Positions 1-8,138 of a stretch of 64,000 bases of DNA are shown here, one piece after another (within the stretch, counting starts at the first letter, position 1; each line of letters starts with the position of its first letter). A program made the position numbers and the translations under genes. Under the pieces are notes generated by a model. It did not search any database. It worked only from the letters and a program-made list of their open reading frames with translations, and was not told where the DNA came from. This DNA is from an uncultured Clostridia bacterium (GTDB lineage Bacteria > Bacillota > Clostridia > Christensenellales > CAG-314). The stretch covers positions 22,085 to 86,084 of the forward strand of contig CANQPI010000001.1 in the NCBI GenBank assembly GCA_947625725.1, given 5' to 3'.

Positions 1-108
1 TATGGCGAACACCTCGAGTCCAAGCCCAAGAGTTTCATCGTAGTGTTCTTTAAGTCGTTTGCGGATACGTAACCCGCGGCTCTGCACACTCATATTTTTA
101 CACGCCAT
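1..108 (-). CDS. hypothetical protein, N-terminal part only (runs off left edge)
   Basis: ATG at 106-108 (minus) 6 nt after GGAGAA; frame open to window edge (MACKNMSVQSRGLRIRKRLKEHYDETLG...). Confidence 0.3.
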   Translation of the reverse strand, partial: MACKNMSVQSRGLRIRKRLKEHYDETLGLGLEVFAI

Positions 109-141
109 TTATATTTCTCCATTTTTAATAAATCGTTTTCC

Positions 142-1107
142 CTATGCTCCCTCGACATCGCACTTATGTAAAATATCAAGCAGACATTTCTCTGGACAAT
201 CCTTGAGTGCGCGATAGTACTTGGTGTTAAGGAAAGGATCCATATGACAATCTATAAGCCATGAGAGTAATAGCAACTCGCGAATGTCTTGCTGCGGATG
301 GGGGGTGATGGGTGTCTCGCGAAGCGACCCGAGATTGCTATGTTGAAGCAAGATTGGCGCAAACCCAAGAGAAAGGTAACTTCCGATGTGTTGATGGTTG
401 TAGTAATGCGCTTTGTCGCTAACATCTCCGCGAAAGTTTTCGTAGGTCTTGGTCATAGCCTTCCCCGAATCATGAAGCATAATTGCATGATACAGAACAT
501 TGGTAAATCTGAAGGAGCGAATTGGGTGCGAAAAACAGTAGTTTTGGAAAACGCGCACAACATTTTGAGTATGTTCGCCGACTGTATTTTGGTGATGGGG
601 ATTGTCGTGTTCACACTTCATCCAAGAGTCCCAGTCTTCTCTGGTGTAAAGGTCGGAGGTATGTATGATGTATATATGGTCCCATCCTTCGTCGTAGTAT
701 GGCGGTTGAAATTGTTCGGACATTCTTCTCAATACCGCATCCCCGACGCCCCGCTCGCGCTTTGCATCCCTGTACGCACAAACGCCGTATTTAGCCCAGA
801 CAATGATTGCCGTCTTTTCGCATGACGGCAGTTGCGACAATAAAGCCTTGCGCCTTTTGCGGCTAAGATTGGTAGCGTCATAGACCACGTTTATCCCGCC
901 TTTTAGGGCGGATATGGTGCGATCACGCATCAAATCAAACACTCTTGCGGGATTATCCTGTGCCGCTGCATCACCGTATAATTCCTCGCGAATACCGTCA
1001 GAAGAGAGTATTTTCGGATTGGCTCCAACCACGAGCTTGGCAAGTTGAGGGGCAATGGTGGTTTTGCCGGAAGCGGGCAATCCGACAAGCATTGTGAATT
1101 TAGCCAT
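142..1107 (-). CDS. P-loop kinase (polynucleotide-kinase/AAA_33-like) fused to HD-domain phosphohydrolase
   Basis: Start moved to M32 (GGAGAA + 7 nt). Walker A GLPASGKTT at N-terminus; C-terminal half has H...HD signature (HAIMLHDSGK) plus further His residues. Confidence 0.65.
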   Translation of the reverse strand: MAKFTMLVGLPASGKTTIAPQLAKLVVGANPKILSSDGIREELYGDAAAQDNPARVFDLMRDRTISALKGGINVVYDATNLSRKRRKALLSQLPSCEKTAIIVWAKYGVCAYRDAKRERGVGDAVLRRMSEQFQPPYYDEGWDHIYIIHTSDLYTREDWDSWMKCEHDNPHHQNTVGEHTQNVVRVFQNYCFSHPIRSFRFTNVLYHAIMLHDSGKAMTKTYENFRGDVSDKAHYYNHQHIGSYLSLGFAPILLQHSNLGSLRETPITPHPQQDIRELLLLSWLIDCHMDPFLNTKYYRALKDCPEKCLLDILHKCDVEGA

Positions 1108-1489
1108 AAATAATTTCTCCAAATAGGGCGTATTGGATAATTGCATCGGCATCGGGCGAGTCGATTTGCGTGGTATCAATATGCAATTCTGCAAACTCAT
1201 CTATTTCCATAAATGAGTAATCGGTCGCCTCGCAAACATACTGATATATACCATTTATCAATTTTTCCTTTGTGAGTTCATATTTATCATCATCGTCGTC
1301 TTTCCCCACAAAGATTAACGTCCCTCCAAGAGAGATTTGCTGACGATCCGCACCCAGATATTCTCCCGAAGGTTGTATTTTTGAACACCAAGTGGAGACA
1401 ATATCGTGTGTCAACTCCTTCTCAATGATGTCGTCGATATCCTCATCCGTTACCTTAAGAGAGAGCGTTATTGGAATATAAGTACTCAT
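1100..1489 (-). CDS. hypothetical acidic protein
   Basis: 129-aa ORF, AGGAGG 5 nt upstream of ATG, 3' end overlaps next gene start. Confidence 0.75.
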   Translation of the reverse strand: MSTYIPITLSLKVTDEDIDDIIEKELTHDIVSTWCSKIQPSGEYLGADRQQISLGGTLIFVGKDDDDDKYELTKEKLINGIYQYVCEATDYSFMEIDEFAELHIDTTQIDSPDADAIIQYALFGEIIYG

Positions 1490-1498
1490 AGTTGCCTC

Positions 1499-2071
1499 CT
1501 ATATGAAACGAAGTCTGAGCCCAACTATCTCGTTGCCTTCTTTGCGGGCATAGACGGGGTAGTATCCGTCGCCATAACCGGAAGAAACTGTTACGCCATA
1601 CTTCCCAATATCGCAAGTGTTGTCACCTTCGATTTTGGAAAGGCTTCTCCAAAAGCCATTCCACAGCCTATCTTCTGCGTCATCGAATGATGGCTTGTGA
1701 CTATAGAACCCACATAGTCCTGCATCTACTCCAACGCCCCCGATAATGTCCCAACCATTGATTTTCCGTTTCCCATAAGAAGCGTGTTGAATATACAATG
1801 AAGTAATTCGAATGTCATCCATCCGCTTAATTTCATCGGGATTCAAGGGATCGTCTTCGTCCCTGTACAAAGAAGGAAAATTCTTCATATCTATAAATGC
1901 GTTATAGACACCCGGTTTAACTTTACGCTCCCACATGGCACACCAAGTATCTGTGTCGTAACAAGGATCTGTAACGTCAACATAACCATCCCCAAAGTTA
2001 AAGACTCCGATAAACGTATGATCATGTAATGTTTCGGGTTTAGGTTGTTTGTTTTGCGGTAAAAATTTCAT
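1499..2071 (-). CDS. hypothetical protein (DUF4241-like C-terminal SGYGDGYYPVY)
   Basis: 190-aa ORF, GAGGAG RBS, start overlaps upstream stop. Confidence 0.7.
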   Translation of the reverse strand: MKFLPQNKQPKPETLHDHTFIGVFNFGDGYVDVTDPCYDTDTWCAMWERKVKPGVYNAFIDMKNFPSLYRDEDDPLNPDEIKRMDDIRITSLYIQHASYGKRKINGWDIIGGVGVDAGLCGFYSHKPSFDDAEDRLWNGFWRSLSKIEGDNTCDIGKYGVTVSSGYGDGYYPVYARKEGNEIVGLRLRFI

Positions 2072-2538
2072 TTGTCTTCTCCTCGTTTTTTAAGCCACTC
2101 CTTCGGCGAAAAGAGTGTTAGTGATGGTGAATCAAACCAAGCGGTGAAGTATTCTTTGTACTTCTCCAATACACTGTGGAAAGAACCCCAATATGCGTCC
2201 CAATACGCGTCGTTGTTTTCTAGTTCTTCATCTATTTCTTCGATGAGTTCGTCAAGCATCCGCGCGGGGAATGTTTCATAGAATTGCTCCCACAATTTCG
2301 GAACCCGACAAACATCGTCCACAACTTTGGTTGCGATATCTAGTCTCTTGTACTCTCTGTCGACTTCATCACATACTTTTTGACGAATTTGTTCAATGAA
2401 TGCCACAATAGCGTCTTCAATCTCGTAGTATTCTTCGCCCTTAAAGCGTGATAGCAAAGGGTGGTGTTCCAAAAAGTCCGCGACAGCTTGACGCAAGGAC
2501 CCAGAATTGCATTCGTCCCAAAACTGATTGTTCCTCAT
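2068..2538 (-). CDS. hypothetical protein
   Basis: 156-aa ORF with AAGGAG RBS. Confidence 0.75.
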   Translation of the reverse strand: MRNNQFWDECNSGSLRQAVADFLEHHPLLSRFKGEEYYEIEDAIVAFIEQIRQKVCDEVDREYKRLDIATKVVDDVCRVPKLWEQFYETFPARMLDELIEEIDEELENNDAYWDAYWGSFHSVLEKYKEYFTAWFDSPSLTLFSPKEWLKKRGEDK

Positions 2539-2552
2539 AATGATTTTCTCCT

Positions 2553-3056
2553 TTAATTAGACTCCGTTCCTTCGGGGATGCCATCGAGAATTGTGTCAAA
2601 TGTGATAGGGGCGCCATAGTATCCCTCAGCCCAATCCTCTGTGAATGTTTTTATCTCCGGCACGGGGTCGGTTTCGTCGGGATTATATATTTTCTTGAAA
2701 TATCGCCATTTATGGTCAAGACCAAATACATACATATATTCGCAGTCGCTGTTTTGAAATTCCCAAATGGCGATCTGCGATGGCGGACAATATTCCTCGC
2801 CGCGATCTCTATGATATGCTACACAAACGCCATCCGCAGGTGTATCAAATGTGTGTTTTTGCCCTTTCTTTGGCGCAAGCCGTGGTCCCAACGAAGAGAG
2901 ATCGCCGAGAGCCAAGAGCGCGTCGACGCTTTGCGGGGTATTGTAGTGTTTCACAAGCATTCTTCCGTTGTAGCTGGGATATCCATCCCAATGGCAATAA
3001 ATTCCTGTGTATGTATGGTCTGCTTTTTCTTTACAAATGAAACTATGTGTACTCAT
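2553..3056 (-). CDS. hypothetical protein (HWDGYP motif)
   Basis: 167-aa ORF with GAGGAG RBS. Confidence 0.75.
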   Translation of the reverse strand: MSTHSFICKEKADHTYTGIYCHWDGYPSYNGRMLVKHYNTPQSVDALLALGDLSSLGPRLAPKKGQKHTFDTPADGVCVAYHRDRGEEYCPPSQIAIWEFQNSDCEYMYVFGLDHKWRYFKKIYNPDETDPVPEIKTFTEDWAEGYYGAPITFDTILDGIPEGTESN

Positions 3057-3168
3057 AACAATCTCCTCGTTTCTATTTTAACTGTTTGCAAAACCGCGAA
3101 ACTCTATAAAAGAGATCTTTTATCCAAATTAAAGATGTTTACATATGTGACTCCCAAAGAGTCAGCGC

Positions 3169-3903
3169 TTATTGAAGTTTGGATTTAACCGAAAACCCGA
3201 GCACAGCACGATACTCCTTTTCAACAAGAGAGTAGGCGTAGCCAGTCTCGCTATTGATATAGCAACTATAACTCCCGTAGTTTTTGAAAGGAGAACGCAA
3301 CCACCAACTGAAGCCAAGACTCCGTGCTCGTTGATTGTTAAAAAGTGCATATTGCTCCCCTTCTCCCGGGAACGAGTAGTAATTTCCTCCACAAACCTCT
3401 ATCTCGGATAGCGGGAAAAGTTTGTTGTAAGTGTCAACCAGAGTAGAATTTTGCCCGCTCGTTGCTGTTTTCTTTGCTGTAACCGCAGCATATTCGGAGA
3501 TTTCTTTAGGCAGCATTTTTTCGAACAACGGCAATCTATTGTGCAGTTCACTCGTTTCCCACTTGTTAGACGCCAAACCGAAGTTCCATCCCCCGTCAAT
3601 TCCTATAATGATAAATGTTGCGGGGCTCGTAGCACCGTTCTCGTCGATGTCGTGATTGAAATCTGCAAGAATTACTTTTAACTTCCCCTTAATACCAGCG
3701 CATGACTGGACAATAGCATAATCTCCAACCATAAAGCGCTCATCGGGATATTCTGATGTCGCTATGTATTCAAGCATTTCGCCAAGAGAACAGTCAACCT
3801 GCCTCGGGACGCGGCATTCAACGGATTGGACGCGCATAATACGACAATTCCCGCAGTGAGGCTTCGTTCCTAACAGTTCGCAGTAATTACAGTTTCCTTC
3901 CAT
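3169..3903 (-). CDS. hypothetical protein, DUF6273-like (WWLRSP) with N-terminal Cys cluster
   Basis: 244-aa ORF, TAGGAG RBS; CNYC..CGNC N-terminus; FSWWLRSP near C-terminus. Confidence 0.7.
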   Translation of the reverse strand: MEGNCNYCELLGTKPHCGNCRIMRVQSVECRVPRQVDCSLGEMLEYIATSEYPDERFMVGDYAIVQSCAGIKGKLKVILADFNHDIDENGATSPATFIIIGIDGGWNFGLASNKWETSELHNRLPLFEKMLPKEISEYAAVTAKKTATSGQNSTLVDTYNKLFPLSEIEVCGGNYYSFPGEGEQYALFNNQRARSLGFSWWLRSPFKNYGSYSCYINSETGYAYSLVEKEYRAVLGFSVKSKLQ

Positions 3904-3914
3904 TGTTATTACTC

Positions 3915-4364
3915 CTATCTAATATTCTTCCAATATTTAATTGCGTCCGTCGCCAATTTGTCGCAACGGTTATTATATTTGTTGTCTGCATGTCCTTTGA
4001 CTTTTACGAAACGCACCGAGTGCATTTCTATTAGCTCAATGAGCTGTGTCCATAAATCCTTATTTTGAACGGGCTTTTTACTGCTATTTTTCCAGTTAGA
4101 TTGTCGCCAAGCAGCAATCCAGCCACAATTAAATGCGTTGACCACATATGCCGAATCACTATATATGGTAACAATGCAATTATGTTTCAACGCGGAGAGT
4201 GCCTTTATGACCGCTGTTAGTTCCATTCTGTTGGAAGTGGTATTTGGTTCTGCTCCGTACAATTCTTTTTTGTGAGTGCCGCATATTAGAACAGCACCCC
4301 ATCCGCCAACGCCGGGGTTCCCGGAGCAGGCTCCATCGGTGTAAATGGCGACTTCTTGATGCAT
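3915..4364 (-). CDS. rnhA: ribonuclease HI
   Basis: Start moved to M23 (AAGGAG + 7 nt). IYTDGAC (Asp), NRMELTAV (Glu), YSDSAYV (Asp), GHADNKYNNRCDKLA (His/Asp): canonical RNase HI catalytic set. Confidence 0.9.
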   Translation of the reverse strand: MHQEVAIYTDGACSGNPGVGGWGAVLICGTHKKELYGAEPNTTSNRMELTAVIKALSALKHNCIVTIYSDSAYVVNAFNCGWIAAWRQSNWKNSSKKPVQNKDLWTQLIELIEMHSVRFVKVKGHADNKYNNRCDKLATDAIKYWKNIR

Positions 4365-4871
4365 TTTAATCTCCTTTACGCAATCCTCGCTATTAGCGCT
4401 TGGTCTCATTCTGTGAGCTCTGAATGGCATTTGAGTACGGGGAGTAGTTTCGCGGTGACGAAATGCTATTTGTAATACTCAATGTAGCCAAATTACTAAT
4501 AGTTTGGGTGTGGTGTTGAAGGCATTGGCGACTTTGGGGCTTTTTGGGGGCTACGTGCGGGAATGTCTACAGGTGATCAGTAAGTGCCCATAGCAGCGTC
4601 CGGTTGGCTCCCGCTGTCACTTCGCGTTACCTTGAATTTCATTCGAGGCTCTAATGGAAATTAGAAACAGCGATTGCGAAATTTATTATTGTTGTAAAAT
4701 TAGATGCTCACAAACGCGGAAGGATGTGTATGCGGAAAGCCGACGGCACGGAAGGCTTTCCGCATATGCATCCGACGCGTTTGATTGGGTGGCGTCAAAG
4801 CGCTAATCCTCGTGTAGGAAGATATGTTTAATGTAATCAAACACCTGATGATTCAGTATTCCCATCCAATT
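4365..4871 (-). other. ORF-free spacer between RT and RNase HI; candidate RT-associated non-coding RNA region
   Basis: 507 nt with no RBS-preceded ORF on the transcribed strand in an otherwise gene-dense arm; contains several hairpins. Confidence 0.4.
4714..4780 (-). other. 67-nt extended hairpin (12-bp perfect core ATGCGGAAAGCC/GGCTTTCCGCAT plus two flanking helices)
   Basis: ACGCG-tc-GGATG-cat-ATGCGGAAAGCC-12 nt loop-GGCTTTCCGCAT-aca-CATCC-ttc-CGCGT read directly; only a weak U-tract follows. Confidence 0.7.
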
Positions 4872-6299
4872 TTATATGTTACCTTTGTTTAACAAGCGTC
4901 TAATGTCTATTTGACACTTGGACGTATAGTGAGCAATGTACGAATCTATCGTATCAGGCTCAATAGAATGACAATAGGAAATCTCTCCCGCGAGAGCTTG
5001 TATATCTTTGCTGTCCCAAGTGCGTCCGTTTTTGTAGTCTGTACCCAGTGCGAACAACGCAGTTTTGAGATGCTTTTTACGCTTGTATCCAACCGTGATG
5101 TTATTATCTTGGTTGAGCATCAATCCGAGGTTCCAGTTGCGTCCAGCAGATGAACCATAGCGAATTTTCTTGTTGCTAAACGTGAAAGGAGCACCGGCTT
5201 TTTGCAGGATTTCAAGCAATCCACACAAAACTTTAGTGTGATGTTTATCTTCTTCAATCATTGCGTTTAGAATGTTCCTGAATTTAGGCGCGCTGTCCTT
5301 GGTGATTTGGATTGTTTCCATTGTAACTACGCTGCTAGGATGATTTTCTTTGAAACGCTTGAGCGATGCGGTCGCCGCCTCTTGCTTATCTCGATAAATT
5401 ACGGGCACGTTGTCTACCGAAATTTTGAATATGGGGTAAGGAACGTATCCATTTTCATCGGGATTTTTTACATACTTCAGGCTCTCGACAATCCTTGCGT
5501 GGGACATAATTCGTTGTATTGCGTAATTTTCAAAGTCGAATTGACTCGATAATTGGATGTCGTCTGCGAACCTTGTATAAATCAAGTGCGGCTGGTGATC
5601 TCTTGCAAACTTGGCAATGGAATGGTCGATCGGAATCATGAGAAGATTTGTAAGCATCGGACTTATCGGTGTTCCTTGTGGTAGTCCGCCGTTCAAGAAA
5701 CAAATCGACAAGGCTTTTTGCAACTGTTCGCGCCCCTCTTCTTTTCCCAGAACAAGGTTAAATGGATAGATGAGAGAAAGCATCTTGATTGCAAAATCCA
5801 TCGTTATGCTTCCAAAGAAATCGTGGAAATCAGTTTTGAGAAACCAACGCGAGTTGTTGGCTTGATGTCGCCGTAGCGCATCAATCGGGGAGCGGTTTGG
5901 GATATAAGCAAAAGCAGAAGTGTGGTAGTTTGCAAAGAACGAAGTCTTCAGCAAATATGCCAACGTTCGTTGTGCCTCCATGAGGTCGTCATTTGGCGCA
6001 TCGATTCGTCTCAAGCCGCCGGTCTTTTTGGGTATGGGGAACGAGTGGTAAAAAACTGATTTGTCCTCGGCATCAATAAATTTTTTGAAGTGGCTGTTGA
6101 ACCCCATGAGTTTTCGAATGAGTTCATTGACGTCGACCTTGTTAATTAAGCGTTGCGGAGTTATTTCTCGATATATGGTTCGCGTGTCTCTTGTATCTTT
6201 AGAGGACGTTTCAAAGCAATTTGAATTAACACCTTGTAGCAAATCGTCAAATGAAACTTGCACTTCGCGAGGTTGAATATAATATGTAATATACGGCAT
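4872..6299 (-). CDS. reverse transcriptase, retron/unknown-group (UG/DRT)-like
   Basis: IPKKTGGLRRIDAP, YIPNRSPIDALRRH, FLKTDFHDFFGSI, LPQGTPISPMLTNLL, YTRFADDIQLSS in canonical order; TAGGAG RBS. Confidence 0.9.
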   Translation of the reverse strand: MPYITYYIQPREVQVSFDDLLQGVNSNCFETSSKDTRDTRTIYREITPQRLINKVDVNELIRKLMGFNSHFKKFIDAEDKSVFYHSFPIPKKTGGLRRIDAPNDDLMEAQRTLAYLLKTSFFANYHTSAFAYIPNRSPIDALRRHQANNSRWFLKTDFHDFFGSITMDFAIKMLSLIYPFNLVLGKEEGREQLQKALSICFLNGGLPQGTPISPMLTNLLMIPIDHSIAKFARDHQPHLIYTRFADDIQLSSQFDFENYAIQRIMSHARIVESLKYVKNPDENGYVPYPIFKISVDNVPVIYRDKQEAATASLKRFKENHPSSVVTMETIQITKDSAPKFRNILNAMIEEDKHHTKVLCGLLEILQKAGAPFTFSNKKIRYGSSAGRNWNLGLMLNQDNNITVGYKRKKHLKTALFALGTDYKNGRTWDSKDIQALAGEISYCHSIEPDTIDSYIAHYTSKCQIDIRRLLNKGNI

Positions 6300-6594
6300 T
6301 TTGTATCTCCTAATAAACTACAGTATGGAAAACGGTTTCCCTCAGATCAGACTGCTCCGGAGGAAGCTGGGGTGGGGGCGACGTTCAGTCGTCCGATTTG
6401 CACGTTTTTGCTGAAATCCGCTACGAAAATTGGCTAATTGAATCAGTTTTTGTTGTTGGATAACATCAACGGGTCTTGGAGAGAGCTAAGGAAGACGCCG
6501 CGATGCAGAAGTCTCTTCTTCGGGTCGGATTGTCGCGTTCACAATGCGGTACTTTTAATGTCATTAAAAGCCTTATATAAGAATGCTTTATTAG
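6300..6594 (-). other. ORF-free spacer upstream of RT; candidate ncRNA/leader
   Basis: 295 nt without ORF between E1-like stop and RT start; hairpins at 6552-6570, about 6385-6400 and 6328-6341. Confidence 0.4.
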
Positions 6595-7269
6595 TTAAAA
6601 TGTGTCGATTGCGAATGTAAATGGATTAGCAACGGCTATATGAGTCAGTGCCCCTTGACGAACAAAGTTCATAAAGTTGGTTATTCCAAGCGCGCAAATA
6701 ACGCGTACGGTTGGAGCTACTCCCATTTCAACGTTGCAAGCGGTCACGGGAGTTGTTTCTTTTGCTTCCTCGTGGGTAAAGTCCATGGTACTGATAAATC
6801 CATCTATATCCCTTGGGTTGTTCCAGTCGGCAGCGTAGTGTTGGGCATCTTCTAGTCTCGTTCGGAAGTCAAACATCGCCTTGATCGCGCGATTGAATTT
6901 ATTTTCCGTGGCAATTTGGCGTCGCAAGTCGATGTTGTCTACGCAGAGAAAGACATAACCGTTAAGCCTCACTTTTGGCTCCCAGCCCTGAGAGCAAATT
7001 TCAACGTTGTTTTCGCAGTCGGGATTGATTGCGACTAACATCTTTTTGACTGCCTCGACTTTCGGGGCTCCAATGTCCGAGTTGACAAACATTTGGTTTG
7101 CGATATTATGTGCGACGACTCTATCAAAATCGTAGAGTGTGATTTTCGTAAGACCCAGTCTAACGAGCAGTTCGGCGATGGTAGAGCCTACGGAGCCGCA
7201 ACCAATAATGTGGCAGCGCTCCCTGATTTTTGTTGGGTTGAAGTAGTCTATAGATTTGACAAGATCCAT
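6595..7269 (-). CDS. E1-like (ThiF/MoeB/HesA family) adenylyltransferase, minimal form
   Basis: Start moved to M11 (AAGGAGGTGA upstream; 8-nt gap after JAB stop). IIGCGSVGSTIAELLVRLG Rossmann loop, YDFDRV, CVDNIDLRR, Cys in TACNVE. Confidence 0.8.
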   Translation of the reverse strand: MDLVKSIDYFNPTKIRERCHIIGCGSVGSTIAELLVRLGLTKITLYDFDRVVAHNIANQMFVNSDIGAPKVEAVKKMLVAINPDCENNVEICSQGWEPKVRLNGYVFLCVDNIDLRRQIATENKFNRAIKAMFDFRTRLEDAQHYAADWNNPRDIDGFISTMDFTHEEAKETTPVTACNVEMGVAPTVRVICALGITNFMNFVRQGALTHIAVANPFTFAIDTF

Positions 7270-7277
7270 TGGTAATC

Positions 7278-8138
7278 TCACCTCCTTGGGTATCTCCACT
7301 TATTATAGGGGCTATAATCCCATTCATCGGGTTCTTCGTCGTCGCGCGCAGGAGCATCCATATAGTTCATGCTTGTTTGGGGACTATACTGTTGTGCCTT
7401 TCCTTTCGTCTTCTTTGTGGAGTTCACTCCCAGCGGATAAAGTGGGCGTGGAGTAGGAACAGTCACTTTTTTGCCTGTTTCTTTAATGAAGTTCTCAAGG
7501 GTTTCGCCGTCCTCAAACTCTACGCTTATTGTTATTTCGTTAGTATTGTACAAGGCATTGTATTGAAGATCGTATATTAAACTTGTCACTTCGCCCCTCT
7601 TGTTGACTATCATGAATATGTAGAAAACGTCGTTGTTTTCGTTGGGGGTTTCGAAAAGGTTAAGTATCTTTTTCTGGTAGGCGGTGTCGACTGCCGAGGG
7701 GGTACATCCCATATTGACGTGGCTATGTCCGTGTAGGCGCACTTTATTGAAAATGTCGTCGGGCAAACTGTCGAGCCATTGGTTATACTCGCCTTGGTCA
7801 GATGTGACTGTCGCTTCCGATACCTCGTGGGGAAATGTAAGGATGTCCTCGACAAGAAATTCCCTCTCTGCCGTTCGCGTAACGAGCCCATGCCATTGCA
7901 CTTCTGTATTATAGGTGATTACTAAAGCGTACATTTTTGCATAAGCCTTCGGAGTGAACCGGAGAGTTGCTCGCCGATCATCAAAGCCGTTGTCCCCAAG
8001 AGAAAAAGAGAAGTTGAATTGAGGAATGTCTGTAAGTTGCAGACGCTCTTTTCTCTTTGATTCAAGAAAAGCCTTGAAGTCCCCAAGGAGTTTCTCCGCA
8101 AGTTCGGGAGATGTATCACGTAGAATTTTTTTAGCCAT
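7278..8138 (-). CDS. JAB/JAMM (MPN+) metalloisopeptidase
   Basis: HGHSHVNMGCTPSAVD = HxHx7Sx2D with upstream Glu (FPHEVSE); start overlaps upstream stop (TAATG). Confidence 0.8.
   Translation of the reverse strand: MAKKILRDTSPELAEKLLGDFKAFLESKRKERLQLTDIPQFNFSFSLGDNGFDDRRATLRFTPKAYAKMYALVITYNTEVQWHGLVTRTAEREFLVEDILTFPHEVSEATVTSDQGEYNQWLDSLPDDIFNKVRLHGHSHVNMGCTPSAVDTAYQKKILNLFETPNENNDVFYIFMIVNKRGEVTSLIYDLQYNALYNTNEITISVEFEDGETLENFIKETGKKVTVPTPRPLYPLGVNSTKKTKGKAQQYSPQTSMNYMDAPARDDEEPDEWDYSPYNKWRYPRR

Noticed and set aside
4392-4807. 9-nt inverted repeat ATTAGCGCT / AGCGCTAAT (plus direct AATCCTCG words) as retron a1/a2 repeats flanking an msr-msd
   Set aside because: A 9-mer match within a 500-nt interval is roughly what chance predicts. 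The long hairpin lies at the 5' side rather than where msd would be. One repeat overlaps the RNase H RBS region. I kept it only as a note.
4872-6299. Group II intron-encoded RT
   Set aside because: There is no maturase X or endonuclease domain. I recognised no 5' GUGYG or domain V-like sequences in the flanks. The flanking genes are not split exons.
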